32,067 nt of DNA, from NCBI GenBank assembly GCA_030527385.1, contig JAUNAY010000001.1, positions 1-32,067 of the forward strand, in the 5' to 3' direction. Shown here piece by piece: positions 1-8,659 of this stretch (its first letter is position 1; every line of letters begins with the position of its first letter). The translations under genes and the position numbers were made by a program. Below the pieces are notes generated by a model, which was not told the DNA's origin, made no database searches, and was given only the letters and a program-made list of their open reading frames with translations. This stretch comes from Fusobacterium sp. GTDB lineage: Bacteria > Fusobacteriota > Fusobacteriia > Fusobacteriales > Fusobacteriaceae.

Positions 1-1578
1 CCTTACCATACTTGGACTATAATTATAATAAATCTCTTTTCCCAATAAAGTATTAAACTTTAAAAGTGAATCTAGTTTTGGATCTCTCTCCCAAAGTCCT
101 AATTTTCTAAACTTATCTCCATTTTTTTCATCATAACTAAATCCTATATTATTTTCTTTTTCAAAAAATTCAAAACCAAAATCTTCAGCTCTTGATTGAG
201 TATCACTTAGGGTAGATCCTGGATCCATATCATATAAATAATTATAATATCCACCAATTTTATATCTTGCATTATCTTTATACAATGATACTTGAGAGAA
301 TAAATCGTTATCTATATTACTTCCATAATCAATATCATCTATATCATCATATACCATCCAAGCATATGCCTCTTTATCGTCTGTTAATTTTAATCTTGTT
401 TTTAATGTAATATCTTTATTTTCTCCAAGTTCTTTCAAATCAGAATCCATAGAGAAAAATGTCATTGTAGAATCTAACTTCGGTCTTTTTACTTTATTGT
501 TATAGAAAAAACTATTTCCCTCATAATCAGTGATGATGTCATCTAGTTTAGGAATCATATTGTAAGTAGCATTTGTAGTATTAAAATATAATCTTCCCTT
601 TTCTCCTGTATATTCGTGTGTATAGTTCACTCTATATCTTTTATGTTTTTCTTCATACTCTACATCTGATTTTTTATCTTCTGGTTTATCTGATTTTGAC
701 CAAACTAATGCGTCATCTATATTAAGTTTGGCAGTTCCTAATTTATCAGTTGTGTACCAGTTTTCCCATCTTCCTATTAAAAGTCCCATTTGATCTGCAA
801 ATTTTGGAGCAAATCCACCTTTAAATTTGCTATCTTTATCTCCATATAAAGCTCCCCAAGCAACTTGCCAACCGTAATAATCCTTAGTTGTCCACTCTGG
901 GAACAATGGTACCTCTGATCCCTCTCTAATATTTAACCTATACCAAGGTAATGAAAACGGAAATATATCACTATCTCCCATATAAAAATCACTACCTTTT
1001 AATGTCAACTGTTTGTCTGGCTCTACTATTATCTCTTTAGAAAGGAAATGGTATCCAGCCTTGTTGGGATCCCCAGTTTCTGCCACATTATAATCAGTTG
1101 TTATCCACCCATTATTTATAAAAAGTTTTCCATTGTTATAATCAAAAACTTTTCCTCCAAAATATATTTTATCATTTGGAGCTTCTCCACCTGTAATTTT
1201 TCCAATTTCTAAATACCCAAAGTTATTATAAAAAACACCTTGAGTTCCATCAAGAGAGACATCTCCATCAGTTGATTCTATTTTTAAAGTTCCTGTTGGT
1301 TGTTCAACTTGAGCTATTAAATTATCTTTTAAATAAGCTCTATTATTCTCTTTGTCTCTTCTTAAATTAAATACTTTTAATTTTAAATTTCCATATTTTA
1401 CATTAACACCATTTTGAGAAGTAACTGTATCAGTAAGAAGATCTAATTCTACTTCATCAGCTCCCCCAATTATTCTATCATCTTTCGTATTAAATTCGCC
1501 TGTTGGAACCGTGGTTATTCCTAGTGCTACTAAAGAAACTACAATAAAAGATGCGATTATCAATAACTTTCTCTTCAT
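1..1578 (-). CDS. lptD: LptD/OstA-like LPS-assembly outer membrane protein (partial; runs off window start; absent from ORF track)
   Basis: ATG at 1578 after an AAGGAG SD; frame open for 526 codons to position 1. Signal peptide MKRKLLIIASFIVVSLVALG, OstA-like ADEVELDLLTDTVTSQNGVNVKYG, and LptD-like GWITTD...YHFLSKEIIVEPDKQLTLKGSDFYMGDSDIFPFSLPWY followed by aromatic beta-strand-like sequence. Confidence 0.72.
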   Translation of the reverse strand, partial: MKRKLLIIASFIVVSLVALGITTVPTGEFNTKDDRIIGGADEVELDLLTDTVTSQNGVNVKYGNLKLKVFNLRRDKENNRAYLKDNLIAQVEQPTGTLKIESTDGDVSLDGTQGVFYNNFGYLEIGKITGGEAPNDKIYFGGKVFDYNNGKLFINNGWITTDYNVAETGDPNKAGYHFLSKEIIVEPDKQLTLKGSDFYMGDSDIFPFSLPWYRLNIREGSEVPLFPEWTTKDYYGWQVAWGALYGDKDSKFKGGFAPKFADQMGLLIGRWENWYTTDKLGTAKLNIDDALVWSKSDKPEDKKSDVEYEEKHKRYRVNYTHEYTGEKGRLYFNTTNATYNMIPKLDDIITDYEGNSFFYNNKVKRPKLDSTMTFFSMDSDLKELGENKDITLKTRLKLTDDKEAYAWMVYDDIDDIDYGSNIDNDLFSQVSLYKDNARYKIGGYYNYLYDMDPGSTLSDTQSRAEDFGFEFFEKENNIGFSYDEKNGDKFRKLGLWERDPKLDSLLKFNTLLGKEIYYNYSPSMVR

Positions 1579-1687
1579 CTACAATCCTTCTCCTTAAATA
1601 ATCAGTAAATACTCAGTTAAATAATTATATCACAATTGATGTTAAAATAAAATAATTGTATAAATTTTATCTAAAAAAATAATAGAC

Positions 1688-1719
1688 AAAAAAGCTGTTG
1701 CTTAAAAAACAACAGCTTT
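1688..1719 (-). terminator. Intrinsic terminator downstream of trxA
   Basis: 10-bp inverted repeat AAAGCTGTTG (1691-1700)/CAACAGCTTT (1710-1719) with a T-run on the minus strand. Confidence 0.8.
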
Positions 1720-1727
1720 ATCCTCTC

Positions 1728-2039
1728 CTAATAAGTTAATTTTTCAATTATCTCTTCTTTAGGTCTCAGTCCTACCACTTCTTTAACTCTTACTCCATTA
1801 TCAAAGACAACCATAGTGGGGATACTCTTTATTCCAAACTGTCCTGCAAGACTAGGATTTTCATCAACATTTAGCTTATATATCTTTGTGTCTAATATAT
1901 CAGATACTTCTTCAAGAATGGGAATCAATAGTTTACAAGGACCACACCATTCTGCCCAAAAGTTCACAATTACTCTTCCTTTGCCTTCTATTACTTCCTG
2001 TTGAAAAGTAACTTCATTCAAGTTTATTAAACCACTCAC
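1728..2039 (-). CDS. trxA: Thioredoxin
   Basis: WCGPC active site, LNVDEN and SIPT motifs. Start is probably GTG at 2039, 7 nt after GGAGG, giving 103 aa rather than the 126 aa in the track. Confidence 0.95.
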   Translation of the reverse strand: MSGLINLNEVTFQQEVIEGKGRVIVNFWAEWCGPCKLLIPILEEVSDILDTKIYKLNVDENPSLAGQFGIKSIPTMVVFDNGVRVKEVVGLRPKEEIIEKLTY

Positions 2040-2099
2040 CAGTTTTCCTCCTTTTATGGAATGTTCCTTTTTTTCTAAAAATAATATACAATCTCTATC

Positions 2100-2128
2100 A
2101 TTGTACAAATATATTTAAAAAAAATCAA
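2100..2128 (-). promoter_or_regulatory. Sigma70-type promoter for trxA
   Basis: TTGATT-N17-TACAAT on the minus strand. Confidence 0.55.
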
Positions 2129-2133
2129 GCTTT

Positions 2134-3615
2134 TTATGAATATAATTTTCTCATAATGATGTTTTTATCTTCAGTTTCTCTTACTCCTTTAATAAGAGTT
2201 ATTCCTTTTGACACATCACCTATTAAGATTGCTCCCTTTAATTTATTATTATCAAAGTACAATTTTTTATATAATTTTTTTGTAGTATCTATCTCTTGAA
2301 CAAACTCACTTTTCTCTCCAATGTTTCCAATAGCTCCTACAGATATTAATTTTATATTCATTCCATCAAAATTTAGTGGTTGTATTTGCTCTTTATATTG
2401 TGCTTCTCCTTCACAAGCATTTATACCAGCAGTTTTTCCTTGTTCCATAGCCACTTGCCAAAGTCCGATTACTTTTCCATTATATTCTGCCACATCTCCA
2501 CAAGCATAAATATCTTTTACTGAAGTTTCCATTTTTTCATTTACAACTATTCCTCTACCAACAGTTAGTCCCATACTTTGAGCTAACTCTTTATTTGGAG
2601 ATATTCCAGCACTTATAATAACTAAATCAGCAGGAATGTTTTGTCCATCTTTTAACGATACAGATGCCACTTTTCCATTACCTTCAATAGAATTTACTAC
2701 TGCACCTTTATAAATTTTTACTCCAGCTTCTTCAATAGCTTTCTCTAATATCTCTGATCCCTCTTCATCTAGTTGTTTAGGTAAAATTCTTTCCATCATT
2801 TCTATTACTGATGTTTCTATTCCTAATAATTTTAATCCCCACGCTGCTTCAAGTCCAAGAACTCCTCCACCTATAACCACTGCATTTTTACAATTTTTTG
2901 CAAACTCTTTAACTTTTTCTGTATCTTCCATATTTCTTATTACAAATACACCATCTATATCTGCATTTTTAATTGGAGGAACAAAACATTTAGCTCCAGT
3001 AGCCAAGATAAGTTTATCATAATCTCTTGTCTCTCCATTTGAAAGCGTAGCTTTTTTATTATTAGTATCCACAGAAACAACTTTTACACCTGCTGTCAAT
3101 TTTATATTTTTTTCTTCATACCAAGAGTCTTTTTTTATTTTTAATCTATCCATTCCCATATCTTCACAAAGATATTCAGTTAATTTTGTTCTATAATATG
3201 GTACACAACTTTCCTCTCCAATAATCTCGATATCAGCAGATTTGTTCTTTCCTCTTGCTCCATCTCCTGCTGAAACTGCTGCAACTCCACTACCTATTAT
3301 TAAGATTTTCTCTTTTTTTCCTTCACTTAATTCTTCTGTATTCTCTTTTATTTCCACAACTTCAAACAGATCTTTTCCTACTCCACAAACTGGACAAGTA
3401 TCTGGACATTCACCATATGGGAATACCTCATCACACACTGTACATCTCCATACTTTTCCAGAAAGTTTTTTTTCTGCTTTTTCCTCTTCAACTTTTTTAG
3501 GTTGTGACTTTACCTCTGTAAAATATTCACTTCCCACATTACATATAGGGCATACTTCTGGAGCGTGTTCCCCTTCACATTCTATACCACAAATACTACA
3601 AACCCATTTTTTCAT
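2134..3615 (-). CDS. FAD-dependent NAD(P)H oxidoreductase (NADH:rubredoxin reductase/NirB-N-like) with two N-terminal rubredoxin-like domains
   Basis: Two CxxC-x12-CPxC motifs, then IIGSGVAA (FAD), YDKLILATG, VIGGGVLGLE (NAD), IYACGD. ATG at 3615 follows GGAGG. Confidence 0.88.
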   Translation of the reverse strand: MKKWVCSICGIECEGEHAPEVCPICNVGSEYFTEVKSQPKKVEEEKAEKKLSGKVWRCTVCDEVFPYGECPDTCPVCGVGKDLFEVVEIKENTEELSEGKKEKILIIGSGVAAVSAGDGARGKNKSADIEIIGEESCVPYYRTKLTEYLCEDMGMDRLKIKKDSWYEEKNIKLTAGVKVVSVDTNNKKATLSNGETRDYDKLILATGAKCFVPPIKNADIDGVFVIRNMEDTEKVKEFAKNCKNAVVIGGGVLGLEAAWGLKLLGIETSVIEMMERILPKQLDEEGSEILEKAIEEAGVKIYKGAVVNSIEGNGKVASVSLKDGQNIPADLVIISAGISPNKELAQSMGLTVGRGIVVNEKMETSVKDIYACGDVAEYNGKVIGLWQVAMEQGKTAGINACEGEAQYKEQIQPLNFDGMNIKLISVGAIGNIGEKSEFVQEIDTTKKLYKKLYFDNNKLKGAILIGDVSKGITLIKGVRETEDKNIIMRKLYS

Positions 3616-3697
3616 TCTTTTTCCTCCGTCCACTAATTAAAATCATTTTTTTATCTTTATTATATACTAGAAAGATCAACTATTTCCTTTTATATTT

Positions 3698-4390
3698 TTA
3701 TTTTCTTTTTTCCCTTTCCTCTTTTTCTCTTTCAGCTTGCGATTTATTTACATAGAATGGTTCTAAAGTATATAAATTATCATCTGCTAAATCCATTGAA
3801 ATTTGTGCAGTTACTCCAGCTCTTGGGATAGAGTTTGCTTTAGAATATATTACATAATCATTTTCTAAAATCTCATCTATAAGTTTGGCATTAACTACTG
3901 CTCCATCTCCTATAAATGTAACTTTTTTACCTTTAAATTCAGGAAGAATCTCCCTTAATTCTCCATCTTTATATTCAAATTCTCTAACTAATTTGTTTTC
4001 TACATATCTATATTTTGAAAAATATACTCTTTCTTTTCTAGCATCTATCAATGGAACTATGATTCCATCTCTTTCCTCTCCCATAGTTGCTAACACATCT
4101 AATTCATTTACTCCAACTATTGGTTTTTTTAATGAATAAGCTAATCCTTTTGCTATTGCTGTTCCTATTCTAATTCCTGTAAAAGATCCTGGTCCTATTG
4201 TAACAGCTATTCTATCTACATCTTTTATTGTTAACCCCGATAATTTAAAAAGAGAATCCACTGCATTCATAATAACATTTGAGTGATTTACCTTAACATA
4301 AAGATTTATCTCTCCTATTATCCCTATTTTATCATCATAAAGAGCTACACTCCCTATTTTATTAGCTGTATCAATAGCTAAAACAAACAT
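3698..4390 (-). CDS. tsaB: tRNA threonylcarbamoyladenosine biosynthesis protein TsaB
   Basis: LAIDT, GPGSFTGIRIG and IDARK motifs. Confidence 0.95.
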   Translation of the reverse strand: MFVLAIDTANKIGSVALYDDKIGIIGEINLYVKVNHSNVIMNAVDSLFKLSGLTIKDVDRIAVTIGPGSFTGIRIGTAIAKGLAYSLKKPIVGVNELDVLATMGEERDGIIVPLIDARKERVYFSKYRYVENKLVREFEYKDGELREILPEFKGKKVTFIGDGAVVNAKLIDEILENDYVIYSKANSIPRAGVTAQISMDLADDNLYTLEPFYVNKSQAEREKEEREKRK

Positions 4391-4835
4391 ATTTTAACAT
4401 CTCCTCTTCTTTTTTTGCATTTCCTACATATCTAACTTCAACTTCTCTATCCTCTTCATTATGATGATAAAGTTTTATCTCTATATACTCCTTAGGAAGT
4501 TCACTTTCTATTATATCTGCCCATTCAATCAAAACTATTCCACCATTATTTAGATAATCTTCATATCCAACTTCATATATCTCCTCTGCTTCTCCTAAAC
4601 GATACACATCAAAATGATATAATGGTAATCTTCCTGAAAAATATTCTAACACATAGTTAAAAGTTGGACTTTTTATACTTTCTGAAACTCCAAGCTTTTT
4701 AGCAAAAGTTTTAGTAAAAGTTGTTTTTCCTGTTCCTAAATCTCCTATTAAAGCTATTGTAGTATTTTCTTGAGAATAGTCTGCCAATTTTTCAGCTAAA
4801 GCATTTAATTCACTAAATGTTAGTATCTTTCTCAT
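4371..4835 (-). CDS. tsaE: tRNA threonylcarbamoyladenosine biosynthesis ATPase TsaE
   Basis: GDLGTGKTTF, SPTF, HFDVYRL and IEWAD motifs. ATG at 4835 is best spaced from GGAGG. Confidence 0.95.
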   Translation of the reverse strand: MRKILTFSELNALAEKLADYSQENTTIALIGDLGTGKTTFTKTFAKKLGVSESIKSPTFNYVLEYFSGRLPLYHFDVYRLGEAEEIYEVGYEDYLNNGGIVLIEWADIIESELPKEYIEIKLYHHNEEDREVEVRYVGNAKKEEEMLKYVCFSY

Positions 4836-5310
4836 CATTTCCTCCATCTTTAAATTGGATTTTCTTTACTATGTTAGTTGTAGATTTTCCCTCTACAAAA
4901 GAAAGAATTCTTACTTCTCCACCATTTTTTTCTACTGTTGCTGTTTCTGGCAGTTTATCCTTGTCATAATCTCCACCTTTTACGTGAATTGACGGCTTTA
5001 ATTTTTCCAATGTTTCAATAGGTGTTAACTCTTCAAATATAACTGTAAAATCGACAGCTTTTAATCCTGATAGCATCTCTGCTCTATCTATCTCATTATT
5101 TATAGGTCTTCCCTCTCCTTTTAATTGTCTTACAGAACTATCCGAATTAACTCCAACTATTAAAATATCTCCTTGCTTTTTAGCCTCATTTAAGTATCTT
5201 AAATGTCCTACGTGTAAAATATCAAAACAACCATTTGTAAAAACAACTTTTTTACCTTGTAATTTTAATTCTTCTATTAATTTTGCTGCTGTTTCTTTAC
5301 TTAAAATCAT
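4813..5310 (-). CDS. rfaE2: D-glycero-beta-D-manno-heptose 1-phosphate adenylyltransferase (HldC/RfaE domain II)
   Basis: FTNGCFDILHVGH, GVNSDSSV, KGEGRP, KGGDY and STT motifs. Confidence 0.93.
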   Translation of the reverse strand: MILSKETAAKLIEELKLQGKKVVFTNGCFDILHVGHLRYLNEAKKQGDILIVGVNSDSSVRQLKGEGRPINNEIDRAEMLSGLKAVDFTVIFEELTPIETLEKLKPSIHVKGGDYDKDKLPETATVEKNGGEVRILSFVEGKSTTNIVKKIQFKDGGNDEKDTNI

Positions 5311-5938
5311 TTTTTACCTCCATTTTATAAAGTTCTTCTATAAAATCAAAAATTATTTCTGCTGTCATTCCCCAAATAATCTCATCTTTATAGTTATAAA
5401 AATATACTTTTCTTGAATTTCCACTCCAAGAATTATAATATCTTTTAGGCAAATTATAATCTTTAGCTGAAAATTCTGGAATATTTTTCACTCCTATTCT
5501 CTCTATTTTAGGTTTGTTCTCCTTAAAAAATTTTAAAGGGACAACCACTAATTTTTCTACCTCTTCCCTATTAAAATTCAATTCCTCTACGGATAAAATA
5601 TTCAAATAACCAACATAGATATCCAGCAACATTCCCGAATTATTAATCAAAGTTCCATATTTTCCCAAAAGTTCTATTTTTTCTCTATCGACTCCCAACT
5701 CTTCAGAAGTTTCTCTTATTGCTGTTTCAGCAGATGTTTTATCAGATTTTTCAAATTTTCCTCCAGGAAAAGAGATCTCTCCTCCCTGTCTTATATTCAA
5801 AGATCTTTTTTCAAAAATTATGCACTCTTCCCCACCTAATTTAACTAAAGCTATTAACACACCTGCATTTATATATCTATCTTTTCCTATAATTCTAAAA
5901 CTATCCTTTTTTAAAACTTCTGTCAACTTTTGCTTCAT
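5297..5938 (-). CDS. Nudix hydrolase, CoA pyrophosphatase family
   Basis: KRSLNIRQGGEISFPGG (NuCoA motif), TAIRETSEELG Nudix box, IWGMTA. Confidence 0.88.
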   Translation of the reverse strand: MKQKLTEVLKKDSFRIIGKDRYINAGVLIALVKLGGEECIIFEKRSLNIRQGGEISFPGGKFEKSDKTSAETAIRETSEELGVDREKIELLGKYGTLINNSGMLLDIYVGYLNILSVEELNFNREEVEKLVVVPLKFFKENKPKIERIGVKNIPEFSAKDYNLPKRYYNSWSGNSRKVYFYNYKDEIIWGMTAEIIFDFIEELYKMEVKNDFK

Positions 5939-6037
5939 TTATAAGAATACACCTCAATGAAATTATACCATTTTCCACAAAAAGAGCAACTTAATTTTAT
6001 TTGGTTATAATTTTAGAACATCTGATCTTTTTTAAAT

Positions 6038-6072
6038 AAAAAAAGAAGAAACAGGTTTCCCCATCTCTTCTT
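6038..6072 (-). terminator. Intrinsic terminator downstream of upp
   Basis: Minus-strand stem AAGAAGAGAUGGG/CCUGUUUCUUCUU (G-U pairs work only on this strand), GAAA tetraloop, U-run. Confidence 0.85.
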
Positions 6073-6083
6073 GTAAATCTCTA

Positions 6084-6707
6084 TTATTTTGTACCAAATA
6101 TTCTATCTCCACAATCTCCAAGTCCTGGATAAATATATCCCTCATTTGTTAGTCCTTGATCTATTTTAGCTGTATAAATAGCTACATCAGGGTGTTTTTG
6201 AAGAAGTTTTGCTATTCCTTCTGGAGCTGATACAAGACACATAAATATTATATCTTTAACTCCTTGTGATTTTAAATAATCTATTGCATAAACTGCTGAT
6301 CCTCCAGTTGCTAACATTGGATCTACCACAATAACTTTTCTTGAAGTTATATCCACAGGTAGTTTACAATAGTAGTAAACTGGTTCTAATGTCTCTTCGT
6401 TTCTATAAACTCCAATGTGTCCTACTTTTGCTGTTGGTATTAGATCTAATATACCGTCCATCATTCCTAAACCAGCTCTTAAAATAGGTACTATTGCTAA
6501 TCTATCTTGAAGTTCATATCCTGTTGTTGCCATTAATGGAGTTGTTACTTCTACTTCGTTCAATTTTAAACTTTTTGTTGCTTCATATGTCATAAGTTTT
6601 GCTATCTCATTTAAGTTTTCTCTAAAAGATTTTGTATCAGTTCCATTGCTTCTTAATATTGTTAGTTTGTGTTGAATCAATGGGTGATTAATTTCTATTA
6701 CTGCCAT
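6084..6707 (-). CDS. upp: Uracil phosphoribosyltransferase
   Basis: [26 protein letters not shown] and [12 protein letters not shown] motifs. ATG at 6707 follows AGGAGG. Confidence 0.97.
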   Translation of the reverse strand: MAVIEINHPLIQHKLTILRSNGTDTKSFRENLNEIAKLMTYEATKSLKLNEVEVTTPLMATTGYELQDRLAIVPILRAGLGMMDGILDLIPTAKVGHIGVYRNEETLEPVYYYCKLPVDITSRKVIVVDPMLATGGSAVYAIDYLKSQGVKDIIFMCLVSAPEGIAKLLQKHPDVAIYTAKIDQGLTNEGYIYPGLGDCGDRIFGTK

Positions 6708-6744
6708 ATTTTGCCTCCTACTTTCCCATATTTTTTCTCGTAAT

Positions 6745-6773
6745 ATTATAACAGATATTTTAAATTTTTCCAA
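6745..6773 (-). promoter_or_regulatory. Sigma70-type promoter for upp
   Basis: TTGGAA-N17-TATAAT with extended -10 TG. Confidence 0.6.
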
Positions 6774-6799
6774 ATAAAAATAGTTTCAAATTTTAAGTT

Positions 6800-6828
6800 A
6801 AAAAAAACAGGACTTTAAAGTCCTGTTT
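6800..6828 (-). terminator. Intrinsic terminator downstream of rpmE
   Basis: Perfect 24-bp palindrome AAACAGGACTTT/AAAGTCCTGTTT (6805-6828) plus a minus-strand T-run. Confidence 0.85.
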
Positions 6829-6838
6829 AATACTACTA

Positions 6839-7051
6839 TTATTTGTTGATGTTGTATCTTTTGTTGAATTTGTCAACTCTTCCTGCAGCATCAATAAATT
6901 TAGCTTTTCCAGTATAGAATGGGTGGCATTTTGAACATACTGCTACTTTAAGTTCAGTTCCTTTAGCATAAGTTGATCTTGTTTCAAATTTTTCCCCACA
7001 AGTGCACTCTACAGTAACAACATTGTATTGAGGATGAATATTTTTTTTCAT
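6839..7051 (-). CDS. rpmE: 50S ribosomal protein L31, zinc-binding type A
   Basis: [23 protein letters not shown] and [10 protein letters not shown] motifs. Confidence 0.97.
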   Translation of the reverse strand: MKKNIHPQYNVVTVECTCGEKFETRSTYAKGTELKVAVCSKCHPFYTGKAKFIDAAGRVDKFNKRYNINK

Positions 7052-7096
7052 TGATTTTTCACCTTCCTAACAAAAATTTTCTTAATATCACAAGAG

Positions 7097-7125
7097 ATTT
7101 TATCATAAATATATAACTTTTGCAA
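7097..7125 (-). promoter_or_regulatory. Sigma70-type promoter for rpmE
   Basis: TTGCAA-N17-TAAAAT with extended -10 TG. Confidence 0.6.
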
Positions 7126-7233
7126 GTTTTTTTTAATATAACTTCCCCTTTTTTTATTAAAAAAATAAATTATAATTGTAAATTTTAGCAATTTAGGTTA
7201 ATATAATGTAGAGGATTATTAGTTGGAGGAATT

Positions 7234-7878
7234 GTGAAAAAGAAATTTTATGCTTACTTTTTAGAAACAGAAAATATAAACGGAATTTGTGAAAATTGGG
7301 ACGAATGTAAATCTTTAGTTCACGGAAAAAAAGCTCGTTACAAATCTTTTTCCTCACTTGAAGAAGCAAAAGATTGGTTAACTCAAGGAGCTAAATATGA
7401 AAAAAAGCTCTCTGATCAACTTTTTAAAACAAAAATTGAAATAGAAAAATTAAAAAGTCTGCTTACAGAAGGAATATATTTTGACTCTGGAACTGGAAGA
7501 GGAATAGGAGTAGAAGTCAGAGTTACTGATCTATCTGGAAAATCTCTTCTACACGAAAGCCGTTTAAAATTTAAGATTAATGAATTTGGAAATCTTCACT
7601 TAGGACACGATAGGACTAACAATTATGGAGAACTTGTTGGACTATTTTTAGCTTTAGATATAGCTATGAAAAGAGGAGAAAAACATATTTTTGGCGATAG
7701 TAATTTAGTGATATTCTTTTGGTCTAAAGGAATATATCGTAAAGAAAACTTAAATGAAAAAACAATTTTTTTAATTGAAAAAGTTATAGAAAAAAGAAAA
7801 GAGTTTGAAAAAATCGGTGGAAAAATAGAATATATTTCTGGTGACGTGAATCCAGCAGATTTAGGATTCCACAAATAA
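7234..7878 (+). CDS. rnhA: Ribonuclease HI with N-terminal hybrid-binding (Cauli_VI/viroplasmin) domain
   Basis: N-terminal FYAY...NWDECKSLVHG...YKSF; catalytic motifs YFDSG, TNNYGEL, FGDS and ADLG. GTG start after GGGAGG. Confidence 0.85.
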   Translation: MKKKFYAYFLETENINGICENWDECKSLVHGKKARYKSFSSLEEAKDWLTQGAKYEKKLSDQLFKTKIEIEKLKSLLTEGIYFDSGTGRGIGVEVRVTDLSGKSLLHESRLKFKINEFGNLHLGHDRTNNYGELVGLFLALDIAMKRGEKHIFGDSNLVIFFWSKGIYRKENLNEKTIFLIEKVIEKRKEFEKIGGKIEYISGDVNPADLGFHK

Positions 7879-7893
7879 TATTAGGAGGAGTTT

Positions 7894-8580
7894 ATGGAAA
7901 CTTTTACACTTTTTAGTACTGAACATTTTTGGTTTATTGGAGGAGGATTCTTAGGAATATTAGCACTTACAATGCTTTCAGCATTTCTTCCTAAATATAA
8001 ATTTGCTCAATTTACTGCTGTTGTTATTTTTATTATAAAATTAGCAGAACTTTCTTATAGACACATATATAATGGAGAACCTATTACAGCACTTTTGCCT
8101 CTACATATGTGTAATTTAACTTTAATATTTGCTATACTCACAATGCTAACTAAGTCACAAAGTATGTTTCAGCTTACTTATTATTGGTGCTTAGGAGCTT
8201 TATTTGCAGTGATTACACCAGATATAAAATTCTCTTTTCCACACCCTTTAACTTTGAGTTTTTATATCACACATTTTTATTTAATATTTGCTGCAATATA
8301 TGGAATTTTATTTTTTAATTTCAAACCTACTTTTAAAGGTTGGATTAACTCTTTTATTATTTTGAATATTTGTGCTTTTATAATTTTTTTCATCAATCAA
8401 AAACTTGGTACAAACTATCTTTATGTCAATAGAATTCCTAGTTTTTCATCTCCTTTAGATTATTTTGGAGCGTGGCCTTACTATATAATAATTGTTGAAA
8501 TTATATATCTTATTTTGACATATGGTATCTACTATCCATTTAGAAGAAAAACTTATAAATATTCAACTAAATACTTTTAA
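7894..8580 (+). CDS. YwaF/TIGR02206-family integral membrane protein
   Basis: Multiple TM segments; LLPLHMCN, ITPD, NYLYVN and LDYFGAWPYY motifs. Confidence 0.8.
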   Translation: METFTLFSTEHFWFIGGGFLGILALTMLSAFLPKYKFAQFTAVVIFIIKLAELSYRHIYNGEPITALLPLHMCNLTLIFAILTMLTKSQSMFQLTYYWCLGALFAVITPDIKFSFPHPLTLSFYITHFYLIFAAIYGILFFNFKPTFKGWINSFIILNICAFIIFFINQKLGTNYLYVNRIPSFSSPLDYFGAWPYYIIIVEIIYLILTYGIYYPFRRKTYKYSTKYF

Positions 8581-8583
8581 AAT

Positions 8584-8628
8584 AAGAACTGGTATAAATT
8601 TTTTAGTTAATTTATACCAGTTCTTTTT
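8584..8628. terminator. Probable bidirectional terminator between convergent genes
   Basis: 17-bp perfect inverted repeat AAGAACTGGTATAAATT/AATTTATACCAGTTCTT. Confidence 0.85.
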
Positions 8629-8659
8629 ATTTACTAACTTTTATATCAATTCTTTTTTA

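Noticed and set aside
7234-7400. Viroplasmin (caulimovirus-like) domain as evidence of viral or retroelement origin
   Set aside because: It is the ordinary hybrid-binding domain of cellular RNase H1; no RT, integrase or phage genes are nearby.
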